A program made the translations under genes and the position numbers. Of a stretch of DNA of 64,000 nucleotides, positions 29,244-37,637 are shown piece after piece. The DNA is taken from the NCBI GenBank assembly GCA_963663275.1, contig OY760183.1:1568001-1632000 (forward strand). Direction: 5' to 3'. Within the stretch, counting starts at the first letter, position 1. The number at the start of each line of letters is the position of its first letter. Source of the stretch: Chloroflexota bacterium. GTDB taxonomy: Bacteria; Chloroflexota; UBA11872; VXOZ01. The notes beneath the pieces were generated by a model. The model had not been told where the DNA came from. It did no database searches and saw only the letters and a list, made by a program, of their open reading frames with translations.

Positions 29244-29690
29244 ATGATGACTATTCCCGGTCGGCCGGATCTGACGATCGTGCCCACGCTGGAGGGCGGC
29301 CAGGAAATCTTGCAGATGAAGGCGGGCTTCCTCTTCGTGTGCGAGGGCTGCTGCTGCGGCAATGGGCACTCCTTCCCCAGACTCGAGAAAGCGCACTACC
29401 TGCGCGAAGCGCGCCGCCGGGGCATCTCGGAACACGTGAGCATCGTCTTCACGGCCGATGACGGCGGCGGCTGCCTGGGCCCGTGCGGGCTTGGGAACAA
29501 CGTCTTCCTCTACCTCTACGGCAGCGGTCTGTGGTTCCAACGCATGAACGCCAAGGCGGACATCGACGCGCTGTTCAGCTACCTGGAAGAGAGTATCGAA
29601 CTCAGGCAGCCGGCGCCGGTTGAGGGCAGCCTGGCCCAGCGGGTCTACACCCGGGTGCACAACGAGCGGATTCCGGTCGCCGCGACGTAA
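29244..29690 (+). CDS. Thioredoxin-like (2Fe-2S) ferredoxin-domain protein
   Basis: 'VCEGCCCG' and 'CLGPCGLGN' motifs. Confidence 0.65.
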   Translation: MMTIPGRPDLTIVPTLEGGQEILQMKAGFLFVCEGCCCGNGHSFPRLEKAHYLREARRRGISEHVSIVFTADDGGGCLGPCGLGNNVFLYLYGSGLWFQRMNAKADIDALFSYLEESIELRQPAPVEGSLAQRVYTRVHNERIPVAAT

Positions 29691-29711
29691 AGCGCGCCGG
29701 CCGCTACGCGC

Positions 29712-30104
29712 CTAGCCTGCGTTCGGATCCGGCTGCATCATGCCGAAGATGTTGCTTTCGGTATCCTTGGCGTACGCCACCCAGCCGACGCCCGGCACGG
29801 CGCCTTTGGGTACGGCAATCACGCCGCCGGCCGCGGTGATATTCTCGAGGGTCTCGTCGAGGTCCGTGACTTGGATGACGCAGGCGTAGCAGTTGACGGC
29901 GGCGCCTTCTTCAGGCGGGTCGCCGCGCCGCCGCCCCAGGCCGCCGTCGATGCCGGGCTCGTCTGCGGGGCCGGTGGTGATGAGCCAGTATTCCGCGTCG
30001 CTGCCTTCCCACTTGTCGAATTTCCAGCCAAACACGCCGGCGTAGAAGCCGATGGCCCGCTCCGGATCGGCGGCTTGGATTTCGAAGTGTATGATGCGTG
30101 ACAT
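29712..30104 (-). CDS. VOC/glyoxalase family protein
   Basis: 'IIHFEI.AADPERA..FY..VFGW', 'PGIDGG', 'DTESNIFG'. Confidence 0.9.
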   Translation of the reverse strand: MSRIIHFEIQAADPERAIGFYAGVFGWKFDKWEGSDAEYWLITTGPADEPGIDGGLGRRRGDPPEEGAAVNCYACVIQVTDLDETLENITAAGGVIAVPKGAVPGVGWVAYAKDTESNIFGMMQPDPNAG

Positions 30105-30144
30105 GGCGCAATCCTTTCATGCCGCAACGTGACGACGGCGTGTG

Positions 30145-30561
30145 CTATAGGGCGGTTGCGGGGCGATAGTTGCCAAAACTCCACTCGTAGCCTTCCGGGT
30201 CGCGGACGCGGTAACGGCGCGTGCCCCACCCGGTGTCTTCCGGCGGGAAGACGATTTCCGCGCCGGCTGCCTGATCCTGCCGATAATGGGCGTCCACGTC
30301 TTCGACGTACACGTAGATGCCGTGCTCCAACTCCCCCCTTGCGCCGGCCTCCGCCGGTTGTGGAGTAGTGGACGTGCCCAGCATGATCGCGCCGTTGCCA
30401 CAGGTCATTTCGGCGTGCATTATGGTTCCCTCGTCGTCCTGGAACGCGGCGGTCTTCACGAAGCCGAAGGCTTCCGCCAGCCAGTCCAGGGCCGCGGCGG
30501 CGTCGCGGTAGCTCAAGTAGGGGTAGAGTGCCGGTGGGGCAGCGCCCGCTTCCGGTTGCAA
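30145..30561 (-). CDS. VOC/glyoxalase (bleomycin resistance-like) protein
   Basis: 'PYLSYRDAAAALDWLAEAFGF', 'HAEM', 'RDPEGYEWSFG'; probable TTG start after AAAGGA. Confidence 0.85.
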   Translation of the reverse strand: MQPEAGAAPPALYPYLSYRDAAAALDWLAEAFGFVKTAAFQDDEGTIMHAEMTCGNGAIMLGTSTTPQPAEAGARGELEHGIYVYVEDVDAHYRQDQAAGAEIVFPPEDTGWGTRRYRVRDPEGYEWSFGNYRPATAL

Positions 30562-30568
30562 TTGCCGT

Positions 30569-30952
30569 CTAGTCCTTTCCAATCTTCTCAAGCTCCAACG
30601 TGTAGCCGTTGGGCGTCTTGACCTGCATTTCCCACGAGTCCATTGCTTCCCAAAACTGCCGGGGATGGGAATACTCGATGCCGTGCGCTTCGCAGACGGC
30701 GATGACCGCGCGGAAACTGGCCGTTTCCATCTGCCAGACGAAAGTGTCTACAATCTTCTCCGGGTCGAAGCCGGCGCGTTCTTTCAGGCCGAATTCGACT
30801 CCGCCGTTGCGCAAGCCGACGAATCCGGGAAACTCGTTCCCCTGATACGAAATCTCAAAGCCCAGGGTCAGGTAGAAGGCTACTTCCCGGTCTAAGTCGC
30901 CGACGTAGAGAATCGGAACGAGGCGGTTGAAATGGGGTTTCTCGGCGGGCAT
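30569..30952 (-). CDS. VOC/glyoxalase family protein
   Basis: 'LVPILYVGDLDREVAFY..LGF', 'TPNGYTL'. Confidence 0.75.
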   Translation of the reverse strand: MPAEKPHFNRLVPILYVGDLDREVAFYLTLGFEISYQGNEFPGFVGLRNGGVEFGLKERAGFDPEKIVDTFVWQMETASFRAVIAVCEAHGIEYSHPRQFWEAMDSWEMQVKTPNGYTLELEKIGKD

Positions 30953-31031
30953 GGCCGTTCTCCATGACCGGAGGGACGCCGCGACGGGGACGTGAAGCAG
31001 GTCAGCGCGCGGCTGTGGGAATCAAGGCAAC

Positions 31032-31123
31032 TGGCGGAGAGGGTGGGATTCGAACCCACGACGCCCTTTTGGGGGCGTAATCGTTTTCGAGACGATCTCC
31101 TTCAACCACTCGGACACCTCTCC
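31032..31123 (-). tRNA. tRNA-Ser(CGA)
   Basis: GGAGAGG acceptor stem, anticodon loop CT-CGA-AA, long variable arm, GGTTCGAATCC, encoded CCA. Confidence 0.95.
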
Positions 31124-31293
31124 CAGGGTTGATAGTTAATACGATAGCGAAACCGGGCGCGCGGCACAACCCGCCAGGCGTAAAGGGGGGTTGCCGCTTG
31201 CCTGGATTCTGTGGATATGCTGATGGGATTCTGCCGAGCGGTTTGGAGGTGGGCTGTAGCGAGGCAGGATTCCCCTCACCCCGGCCCTCTCCC

Positions 31294-32559
31294 TGTAGAG
31301 CCCGGGGACATAGGTAACACATTTTCAGGGACATAGGTTACACCATAAGGCATGGGAATTCGTCACTAGAGGAGGACGACCATGTCGTGGAAAGTGAGTA
31401 CACCTATGTCTGAGCGGGAAGAGTTTATAGCCGTGATGCTGACGGGTGAGGTGAGCATGAGCGCACTGTGCAAGCGTATGGGCATCAGCCGCAAGACCGG
31501 CTACAAGTGGCGCACGCGCTACAGGCAGGGCGGGATGGAGAACCTGGGGGACCGGTCGCGGCGTCCGCACACCAGCCCACAGCGCACGCGTCCAGAGATG
31601 GAGCGGCACATCATCGCCTTGCGCCTGGCACATCCGGGGAAGGGCGCGGACGCGCTGGGCCGGATGCTGCGGAACCGCGGCTACGCCGACGTGCCCGCCA
31701 GGAGCACCATCAACGCCATTCTCAAGCGCCACGGGTTGATCGACCCGGCCGAGAGCGCCAAGCGCATGCCCTTCATTCGCTTTGAGCGCCCGCTGCCCAA
31801 CGAACTCTGGCAGATGGACTTCAAGGGGCATTTCGCCATGTCTCGCGACCGCTGCCATCCGCTCACCGTGCTCGACGACCATTCCCGCTACAACCTGGCT
31901 GTGGAGGCCTGCGCCGACGAGCGGGGTCAGACCGTCCAGGAGCGCCTCACCCGCGTCTTTCGGCGCTACGGCCTGCCTGCGGCCATGCTCATGGACAACG
32001 GCGCCCCCTGGGGCAACGACAGCGCCCATCCCTTCACGCCGCTCACCGTCTGGCTCATGCGCCTGGGCATCAAGGTGCTTCACAGCCGTCCCTACCATCC
32101 CCAGACCCTCGGCAAGCTGGAACGCTTCCACCGCTCCCTGAAAAGCGAAGTCCTGGCCGGTCGCACCTTCACCAACCTGGAGCACTGCCAGCGCGCCTTC
32201 GACGCTTGGCGGCACTTCTACAACCGGGAACGCCCGCACCACGCCCTCACGCTCAACACGCCCGTCAGCCGGTACACGCCCAGTCCACAGCCCTTTCCCG
32301 AAACGCTGCCCCCCATCACCTACGCTCCCGACGACCAGGTGCGCGCCGTCGACGTCAGCGGCCGCATCTCGTTCCAGGGCAAGACCCTCCGCGTGGGGCG
32401 AGCTTTCGCCCACACCCGCGTCGCCCTGCGACCCACGCAAACCGACGGCGTTTGGAACGTCTACTTCGCTGTCAATCCGATAAGAACGGTAGACCTCAGT
32501 GAACAAAATGTGTAACCTATCTCCCTGAATAACTGTTACCCATGTCCCCGGACTGTACA
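31294..32559 (+). mobile_element. IS481-family insertion sequence (1266 bp) with 5-bp target duplication CTCCC
   Basis: TGT...ACA ends; long IRs each with two GGACATAGGT(A/T)ACA-like sub-repeats; CTCCC at 31289-31293 and 32560-32564. Confidence 0.93.
31382..32515 (+). CDS. IS481-family DDE transposase
   Basis: HTH 'GISRKTGYKW', 'WQMDFKG', 'MDNG', 'HPQTLGKLERFH', 'YNRERPH'. Confidence 0.95.
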   Translation: MSWKVSTPMSEREEFIAVMLTGEVSMSALCKRMGISRKTGYKWRTRYRQGGMENLGDRSRRPHTSPQRTRPEMERHIIALRLAHPGKGADALGRMLRNRGYADVPARSTINAILKRHGLIDPAESAKRMPFIRFERPLPNELWQMDFKGHFAMSRDRCHPLTVLDDHSRYNLAVEACADERGQTVQERLTRVFRRYGLPAAMLMDNGAPWGNDSAHPFTPLTVWLMRLGIKVLHSRPYHPQTLGKLERFHRSLKSEVLAGRTFTNLEHCQRAFDAWRHFYNRERPHHALTLNTPVSRYTPSPQPFPETLPPITYAPDDQVRAVDVSGRISFQGKTLRVGRAFAHTRVALRPTQTDGVWNVYFAVNPIRTVDLSEQNV

Positions 32560-32566
32560 CTCCCCA

Positions 32567-32733
32567 GGGAGAGGGAGTGACGTTGCTTTTCTGCGGGGAG
32601 AGGGAGTGACGCTGCTCTTTACGAGGAGAGGGAGTGACGCTGCTCTTTACGGGGAGAGGGAGTGACGTTGCTCTTTACGGGGAGAGGGAGTGACGCTGCT
32701 CTTTGCGGGGAGAGGGAGTCATGTTGCTCTCCC
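32567..32733 (+). repeat. Tandem array, six ~28-bp units (GGGAGAGGGAGTGACGYTGCTCTTTACG)
   Basis: Unit starts 32567, 32596, 32624, 32652, 32680, 32708. Confidence 0.9.
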
Positions 32734-32815
32734 TTGGGGTGGCGGCGACTGAGGGCGGCGCCTTCTCCGGTTCCCTCTCCCTGGGGGAGAGGGTTAGGGT
32801 GAGGGGGGCGTTCTC

Positions 32816-33625
32816 TCAGCGGCTTGAAGGCGGCCGGAAGTCCGGCTGCGCGGGCGGTTCGGGGTCAGGGGGACGCCACTGGCCGGCCTCGGCCTCGCGG
32901 GCCAGGGTGTGGACCGGAGCGCCTGACACTTCATCCTGCGAAGCGTTCCAGCGGGAGAGCACGCCGTCGCTCATCGTATACGTCTCATCGGCGATGTCGC
33001 GCACCGAGAGGTCGTGAGTCGCCATGACCACCGTAACGCCCTCCTGGCGCACGATGCGCGAGAAGAGGAGCATCATCTGGAGGCCGGTCACGCTATCCAG
33101 GTCGCCGGTTGGCTCGTCGGCCAGGAGCAGGGCGGGATTGTTGGCAAGGGCGCGGGCAATCGCCACGCGGCCCTGCTCGCCGCCGGAAAGCTCGAAAGGA
33201 CGGTGACTTGCGCGCTTGCTGAGCCCCACCAGGTCGAGGAGTCCAAGCGCCCGTTCGTGGCGTTGGCGCGCGCCCATACCGGCAATGCGCATGGGCAGTT
33301 CCACGTTCTCGTAGGCGGAGAGCACCGGCAGGAGGGCGAAGGCCTGGAAGATGAAGCCAATCTTGTGCCGCCGCAGCATCGTCAGTTCCCGGTCGCTCAT
33401 CTGGCGCGTGTCGTTATCCATGATCCTGACCATGCCGGCGGTGGGCCGGTCCAGGCCGCCAACCAGGTTGAGCAGGGTGGTCTTGCCGCTGCCGGAGCGC
33501 CCTTGCAGCGCCAAGAAGCGGCCGGGCAGGATGCGCCAGTTTGCTTCGCGCACGGCGTATACGTCCTCACGGCCCACGTGATAGACGCGGGATACGCCTT
33601 CCGCCAGGGTAATCGGTTCAGCCAT
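32816..33625 (-). CDS. ABC transporter ATP-binding protein (LolD/MacB type)
   Basis: [25 protein letters not shown]. Confidence 0.93.
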   Translation of the reverse strand: MAEPITLAEGVSRVYHVGREDVYAVREANWRILPGRFLALQGRSGSGKTTLLNLVGGLDRPTAGMVRIMDNDTRQMSDRELTMLRRHKIGFIFQAFALLPVLSAYENVELPMRIAGMGARQRHERALGLLDLVGLSKRASHRPFELSGGEQGRVAIARALANNPALLLADEPTGDLDSVTGLQMMLLFSRIVRQEGVTVVMATHDLSVRDIADETYTMSDGVLSRWNASQDEVSGAPVHTLAREAEAGQWRPPDPEPPAQPDFRPPSSR

Positions 33626-33738
33626 GGCTGCGAGTTTGCCCCTTCTCTTGCTACTGTTGTCTCGTACGGCGGCACGATTGCTAACGAATGGCCGCCGGGC
33701 CCCGCGGCTAGCCCACGGCGGGGCGCGCGGGCGGTTGC

Positions 33739-34680
33739 CTAGCGGCGCAGGAGACCGCGCAGGCCGCGCTTCTCCTCTTCTTCATCGCTGGAAGCGTATG
33801 CCGGTTTCACGATGATGCCGTCGTCCGACACTTCCACAATCGCGCGGTCGCGGATGCCGAATTGTTCCAGGTACTCTTGCGGAATCTGGAGGCGGCCGGC
33901 GGAGTCGAGCACCACGTACTCGTCGTGGCTGATCTCTTCCTCGCCCTGTTCCAGATTGATGCGCCGCACCGTCTCCGTGCTGGTGCGGCCGTCGCGGATT
34001 TGCACCACCCGGTCTACGCGAAACGCCACGTTGGGGTCGTGGCTCACGATGATGATGGTGGTGCCGTATTCCGCGTTGATGCGGCGAAAGGTGTCGTAGA
34101 TGGTGCTGGCGGTCTGGGTATCAACCTCGCCGGTGGGTTCGTCCGCCAGCAGCAGCGGCGGCGAGTGCGCCAGCGAGATGGAGATGGCGACGCGCTGCTG
34201 CTCGCCGCCGGAGAGTTGGCCCACCCGGTGGCGCAGGCGGTGCCCCAGCCCCACGGCTTCTAGCAGTTCCGCCGCTCTGGCTTCCCGTTTCTTGGCGGAC
34301 ATGCCGGCGATGATCAGCGGCATCTGCACGTTTTCCAGCGCGGTGAGGTAGGGGATCAGGTTGCGCGAACTCTGCTGCCAGACGAAGCCCACCATGTGGC
34401 GCTTATACCAGACCAGGTCGGTGTCGGAGAGCTTGATCAGGTTCAGGTTGCCGACGGTCAGGTTGCCGGCGCTGGGCCGGTCCAGGCCTCCAAGCGTATT
34501 GAGGAGCGTGGACTTGCCGCTGCCGGAGTTGCCGATGATTGCCATGATTTCGCCGCTGGCCACTTCCAGGTCAAGCCCCTGCAAGGCCACCACCTCGAGG
34601 TCGGCGACTTTGTAGATCTTGACGAGGTTGTCGCAGAAGATGAACCGCTCGCCGCGTTTGGGGAGTTCCGGAAACTTCAT
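33739..34680 (-). CDS. ABC transporter ATP-binding protein with C-terminal AbrB-like domain
   Basis: [24 protein letters not shown]; C-terminal '[11 protein letters not shown]'. Confidence 0.92.
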   Translation of the reverse strand: MKFPELPKRGERFIFCDNLVKIYKVADLEVVALQGLDLEVASGEIMAIIGNSGSGKSTLLNTLGGLDRPSAGNLTVGNLNLIKLSDTDLVWYKRHMVGFVWQQSSRNLIPYLTALENVQMPLIIAGMSAKKREARAAELLEAVGLGHRLRHRVGQLSGGEQQRVAISISLAHSPPLLLADEPTGEVDTQTASTIYDTFRRINAEYGTTIIIVSHDPNVAFRVDRVVQIRDGRTSTETVRRINLEQGEEEISHDEYVVLDSAGRLQIPQEYLEQFGIRDRAIVEVSDDGIIVKPAYASSDEEEEKRGLRGLLRR

Positions 34681-37466
34681 CCTTGCTCCTCACCAAACTT
34701 GATGGCTTCGTGAATGCGCATGCGCGAGAGCATGGAGATGATCACCGGCACGGCGATGACGAGGATGATGGCCAGGATGAAGTAGATCTTGGCAATGTCG
34801 CCCCAGGCGGTGACGACGACGAATGAGGGAATGTTGGCGTGTTCGCCGGTCTTGATTTGGAGGAAGGGGATGAAGATCCGGCCGGCGGCCACGCCGAAGA
34901 TCGTGCCGATCGTCACGCCCATCACGATGAGGAAGCCCTGCTCGAAGATGTAGAGGCTGATCAACTGCCGGATGGAGAGGCCCATGGCGCGCAGGATGCC
35001 AAAGTCCTGCATGCGGCGCTGGAAGGAGAGCAGCGAGTACGTCAGGAAGCCCAAGACGGTAAGGAGGATGGCAATCAGGAAGCCGACGGTCAACATGCCG
35101 AAGACGCCGGTGCGCTGGGGGTCGTCGCGCTGGGCTATCACTTTTTCACGGGTATCCTGGGTGCGCACCACGATGAATTCCAGTTCGCGCAGTTCCTCTT
35201 CGATCTTCTCGATGTCGGCGCCCGGGTCGGTCTTTACCCAGGCGTCGTACGGCCCCAGTCCGATATTGTCGAAGATGTAGTCCAGGTTCGCGATGGCAAA
35301 GTAGTCGGTATCGGGAAACTGGGTTGGGAAGTAGTCAACCCAGTCCACGATGACGAAGTCGATCTGCGTCTGGCGCAGGTTGATGCGCACGCGGTCGCCG
35401 ACCTTGAGCTTGTGGTCGATCATGAAGTTGGCGCTGGCCAGGATGGCGTCCGGCTGGGCGGCGAGTTCGTTCAGCAGCGTCACCAGCGAACGGTGGGCGA
35501 AGTCGGGCCGCCAGTACATCACGTTCACGGCGTCCCAGGGGTCGATGCCCACGATTTGTATCTCCGGCGTGGCGCGGTCGGGCAGGATGGCGTTGCCTTT
35601 GCTATCCCAGAAGCGGGCCACCGCCTTGATTTCCTCCACCTGCAAGTGGTCGTAGAACGGCGCGATATACCACTGCTCCAGTTCTTCGTCGTAATCGCCG
35701 GATTCATAGAACGCCATGTCCGCGCCGATGCGGTAGTAGACGGAGTCCGAATGGTTGCGCGTCAGCGTGGCGGCCACGGAGGCGCTGAAGGTGCCAATCG
35801 CCAGGGTCAGCACCAGCAGCAGGAGCAGGCTGTTGTACTGTCCCGCCGAACGGGAGATGTGGCGCAACCCCAGGAGGATGGAGACGCCCCAGAAGCGGTT
35901 GCCGATGCGGGTGACCAACTCCACGATGTAGGGAAAGAGCCGCACGAACAGGAGCGCCATGCCGAACATGAAGACCGAGGGCACAATGAGCAAGAGGGGA
36001 TTGGAGAAGACGTTGCCTTCCTCTCCCAGGACGATCACCTGCCGCTGGTCTTGCAGCAGGCGGTAGCCGTAGACAGCCAGCGCCAGCAGGAGGATATCGA
36101 CGAAGAACCGCTGCCACCAGGGCCGGCGCAACTTGCGGGAGGCTTCCTGCTTGAAGGTGACGATGCTGTGCCGGGCGGTGGCGGCCGCGGGCATGAGCGC
36201 CGCGCCAATCGAGAGCGCAATCGCGGCCAAGGCATAGTTGAAGGTGCTGGCGTTAATGGTGATGGGCAGCGGGTCGCGGCCGATGAACGTGAGGAACGTG
36301 TACGTGCGCGCGATGAGTTGGGCCAGATAGACGCCCAGCACCGGCCCCACCACCAGCGCCAAGATGCCGATCATGCCGCCTTCCAGCAGGTAGATGCCGA
36401 TGATTTGCCACGTGCTGGCGCCGCGGCTCTTGAGCACGGCAATCTCGTTGCGCTGGCGGTCCACCACCATCGAGGAAGCGATACCAATGTAGTAGAGCAC
36501 GATGCCGATGATGGGCGCGGAGAGGATGAAGAGCAGGATCTTGAGGAAGAAGAGGTCGCGCAGATAGCGCATCAATATGTCTTCGGGGGAGATGTCAACC
36601 TTCACCTTGCCAAGAATTGTGCCCAGGTTGGAGCGGATTTCGCTCACGCCGGTGACGATGGCCCGGGCATTGCTGGCGTTGATGGCGTCCACGTCGAACA
36701 CGGAGAACCACGTGTATTCATAGCCAATTTCCTCATAGTCGGACAGAATCACGTCGATGAACGTCTCGTCCGGGACCATCAATCCTTCTTTGAAGTACTG
36801 GGGATGGTAGAACCAGTAGATTTCGTTGGGGTCGTTGGGGAACCAGCGGCCCACGATCTTCACTTCGATGGGTTGCGGCTCGTTGTTGGGATTCATGAAG
36901 CGGACGTAGAGATGGTCGCCGACTTCGGCCCCGATGGCGTCCATCTTCTCGGTCATTATCACCGCTTCGATGTACGGATCGCCTGACTTAGCCGGGTTGG
37001 CGTAGCGTCCTTCCAGGATGCGGACGTGATCATCGAAGTCGGTGGCAAAGGCGATGAAGCCCCAATCGGCGAACTGGCGCGATGAAAAGTTGACCTCATC
37101 GCCGCTTGAAAGAATGGCCATGTGCTCGGTCTGGCCGTAGCGGGTGGAGAGGAGCAGCGGAATGCCCATCTCGGTAGGCGCCGTGACCCGCATGTAGTCG
37201 TCCGCCTGCTGGTATTGCAGCAGCGTGATGTTCACTTCGTTCTTGGGCTCGAACATGCGGATAAGCAGGCTGGCGCGGGGCTGCGCCTGGCGCTGCTCGG
37301 ATTCGCGCAGGGCGCGGTGCAGCAGCATCTCGCTCATGCCCTCGGAGTACAGCGGGACGCTGGAAACCAGGGTGACGGTGACGATCAGGCCCAGGATGGT
37401 GGAGGAGACGATGTTGATGTTGTTGAGCAGGCGCTTCGTAACGAGGACCAGGATCGAGTAGGTCAA
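34677..37466 (-). CDS. FtsX/MacB-type ABC permease (duplicated architecture)
   Basis: 'QRNEIAVLKSRGAS' and 'DFGILRAMGLS' repeats, many TMs, two large extracytoplasmic loops. Confidence 0.88.
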   Translation of the reverse strand: MTYSILVLVTKRLLNNINIVSSTILGLIVTVTLVSSVPLYSEGMSEMLLHRALRESEQRQAQPRASLLIRMFEPKNEVNITLLQYQQADDYMRVTAPTEMGIPLLLSTRYGQTEHMAILSSGDEVNFSSRQFADWGFIAFATDFDDHVRILEGRYANPAKSGDPYIEAVIMTEKMDAIGAEVGDHLYVRFMNPNNEPQPIEVKIVGRWFPNDPNEIYWFYHPQYFKEGLMVPDETFIDVILSDYEEIGYEYTWFSVFDVDAINASNARAIVTGVSEIRSNLGTILGKVKVDISPEDILMRYLRDLFFLKILLFILSAPIIGIVLYYIGIASSMVVDRQRNEIAVLKSRGASTWQIIGIYLLEGGMIGILALVVGPVLGVYLAQLIARTYTFLTFIGRDPLPITINASTFNYALAAIALSIGAALMPAAATARHSIVTFKQEASRKLRRPWWQRFFVDILLLALAVYGYRLLQDQRQVIVLGEEGNVFSNPLLLIVPSVFMFGMALLFVRLFPYIVELVTRIGNRFWGVSILLGLRHISRSAGQYNSLLLLLVLTLAIGTFSASVAATLTRNHSDSVYYRIGADMAFYESGDYDEELEQWYIAPFYDHLQVEEIKAVARFWDSKGNAILPDRATPEIQIVGIDPWDAVNVMYWRPDFAHRSLVTLLNELAAQPDAILASANFMIDHKLKVGDRVRINLRQTQIDFVIVDWVDYFPTQFPDTDYFAIANLDYIFDNIGLGPYDAWVKTDPGADIEKIEEELRELEFIVVRTQDTREKVIAQRDDPQRTGVFGMLTVGFLIAILLTVLGFLTYSLLSFQRRMQDFGILRAMGLSIRQLISLYIFEQGFLIVMGVTIGTIFGVAAGRIFIPFLQIKTGEHANIPSFVVVTAWGDIAKIYFILAIILVIAVPVIISMLSRMRIHEAIKFGEEQG

Positions 37467-37637
37467 GGTGTATCCCCTCGCAGCGGCTTACGATTCAACG
37501 TCGAGCGTGCCGCAGAGATTACTGCGAACCAGGAAGTTCGATTGTGCTTCTTTCATGCGGCGGGCGCCCGCGCTGCCGGCGAGAATGCCGTTGATCTCGC
37601 CGGTCGCGCGCGGCGCTCCGTCCAGCGGCCCTCCGCG

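Noticed and set aside
29690-31050. Integrated element at tRNA-Ser or tRNA-Sec
   Set aside because: No integrase and no duplicated tRNA 3' end seen
32567-32733. CRISPR array interpretation of the 28-, 26-, 24- and 34-bp arrays
   Set aside because: Units are contiguous with no unique spacers, and there are no cas genes in the window
37488-37556. 22-codon minus-strand ORF between adaptor and permease (MKEAQSNF...)
   Set aside because: No RBS and no informative composition
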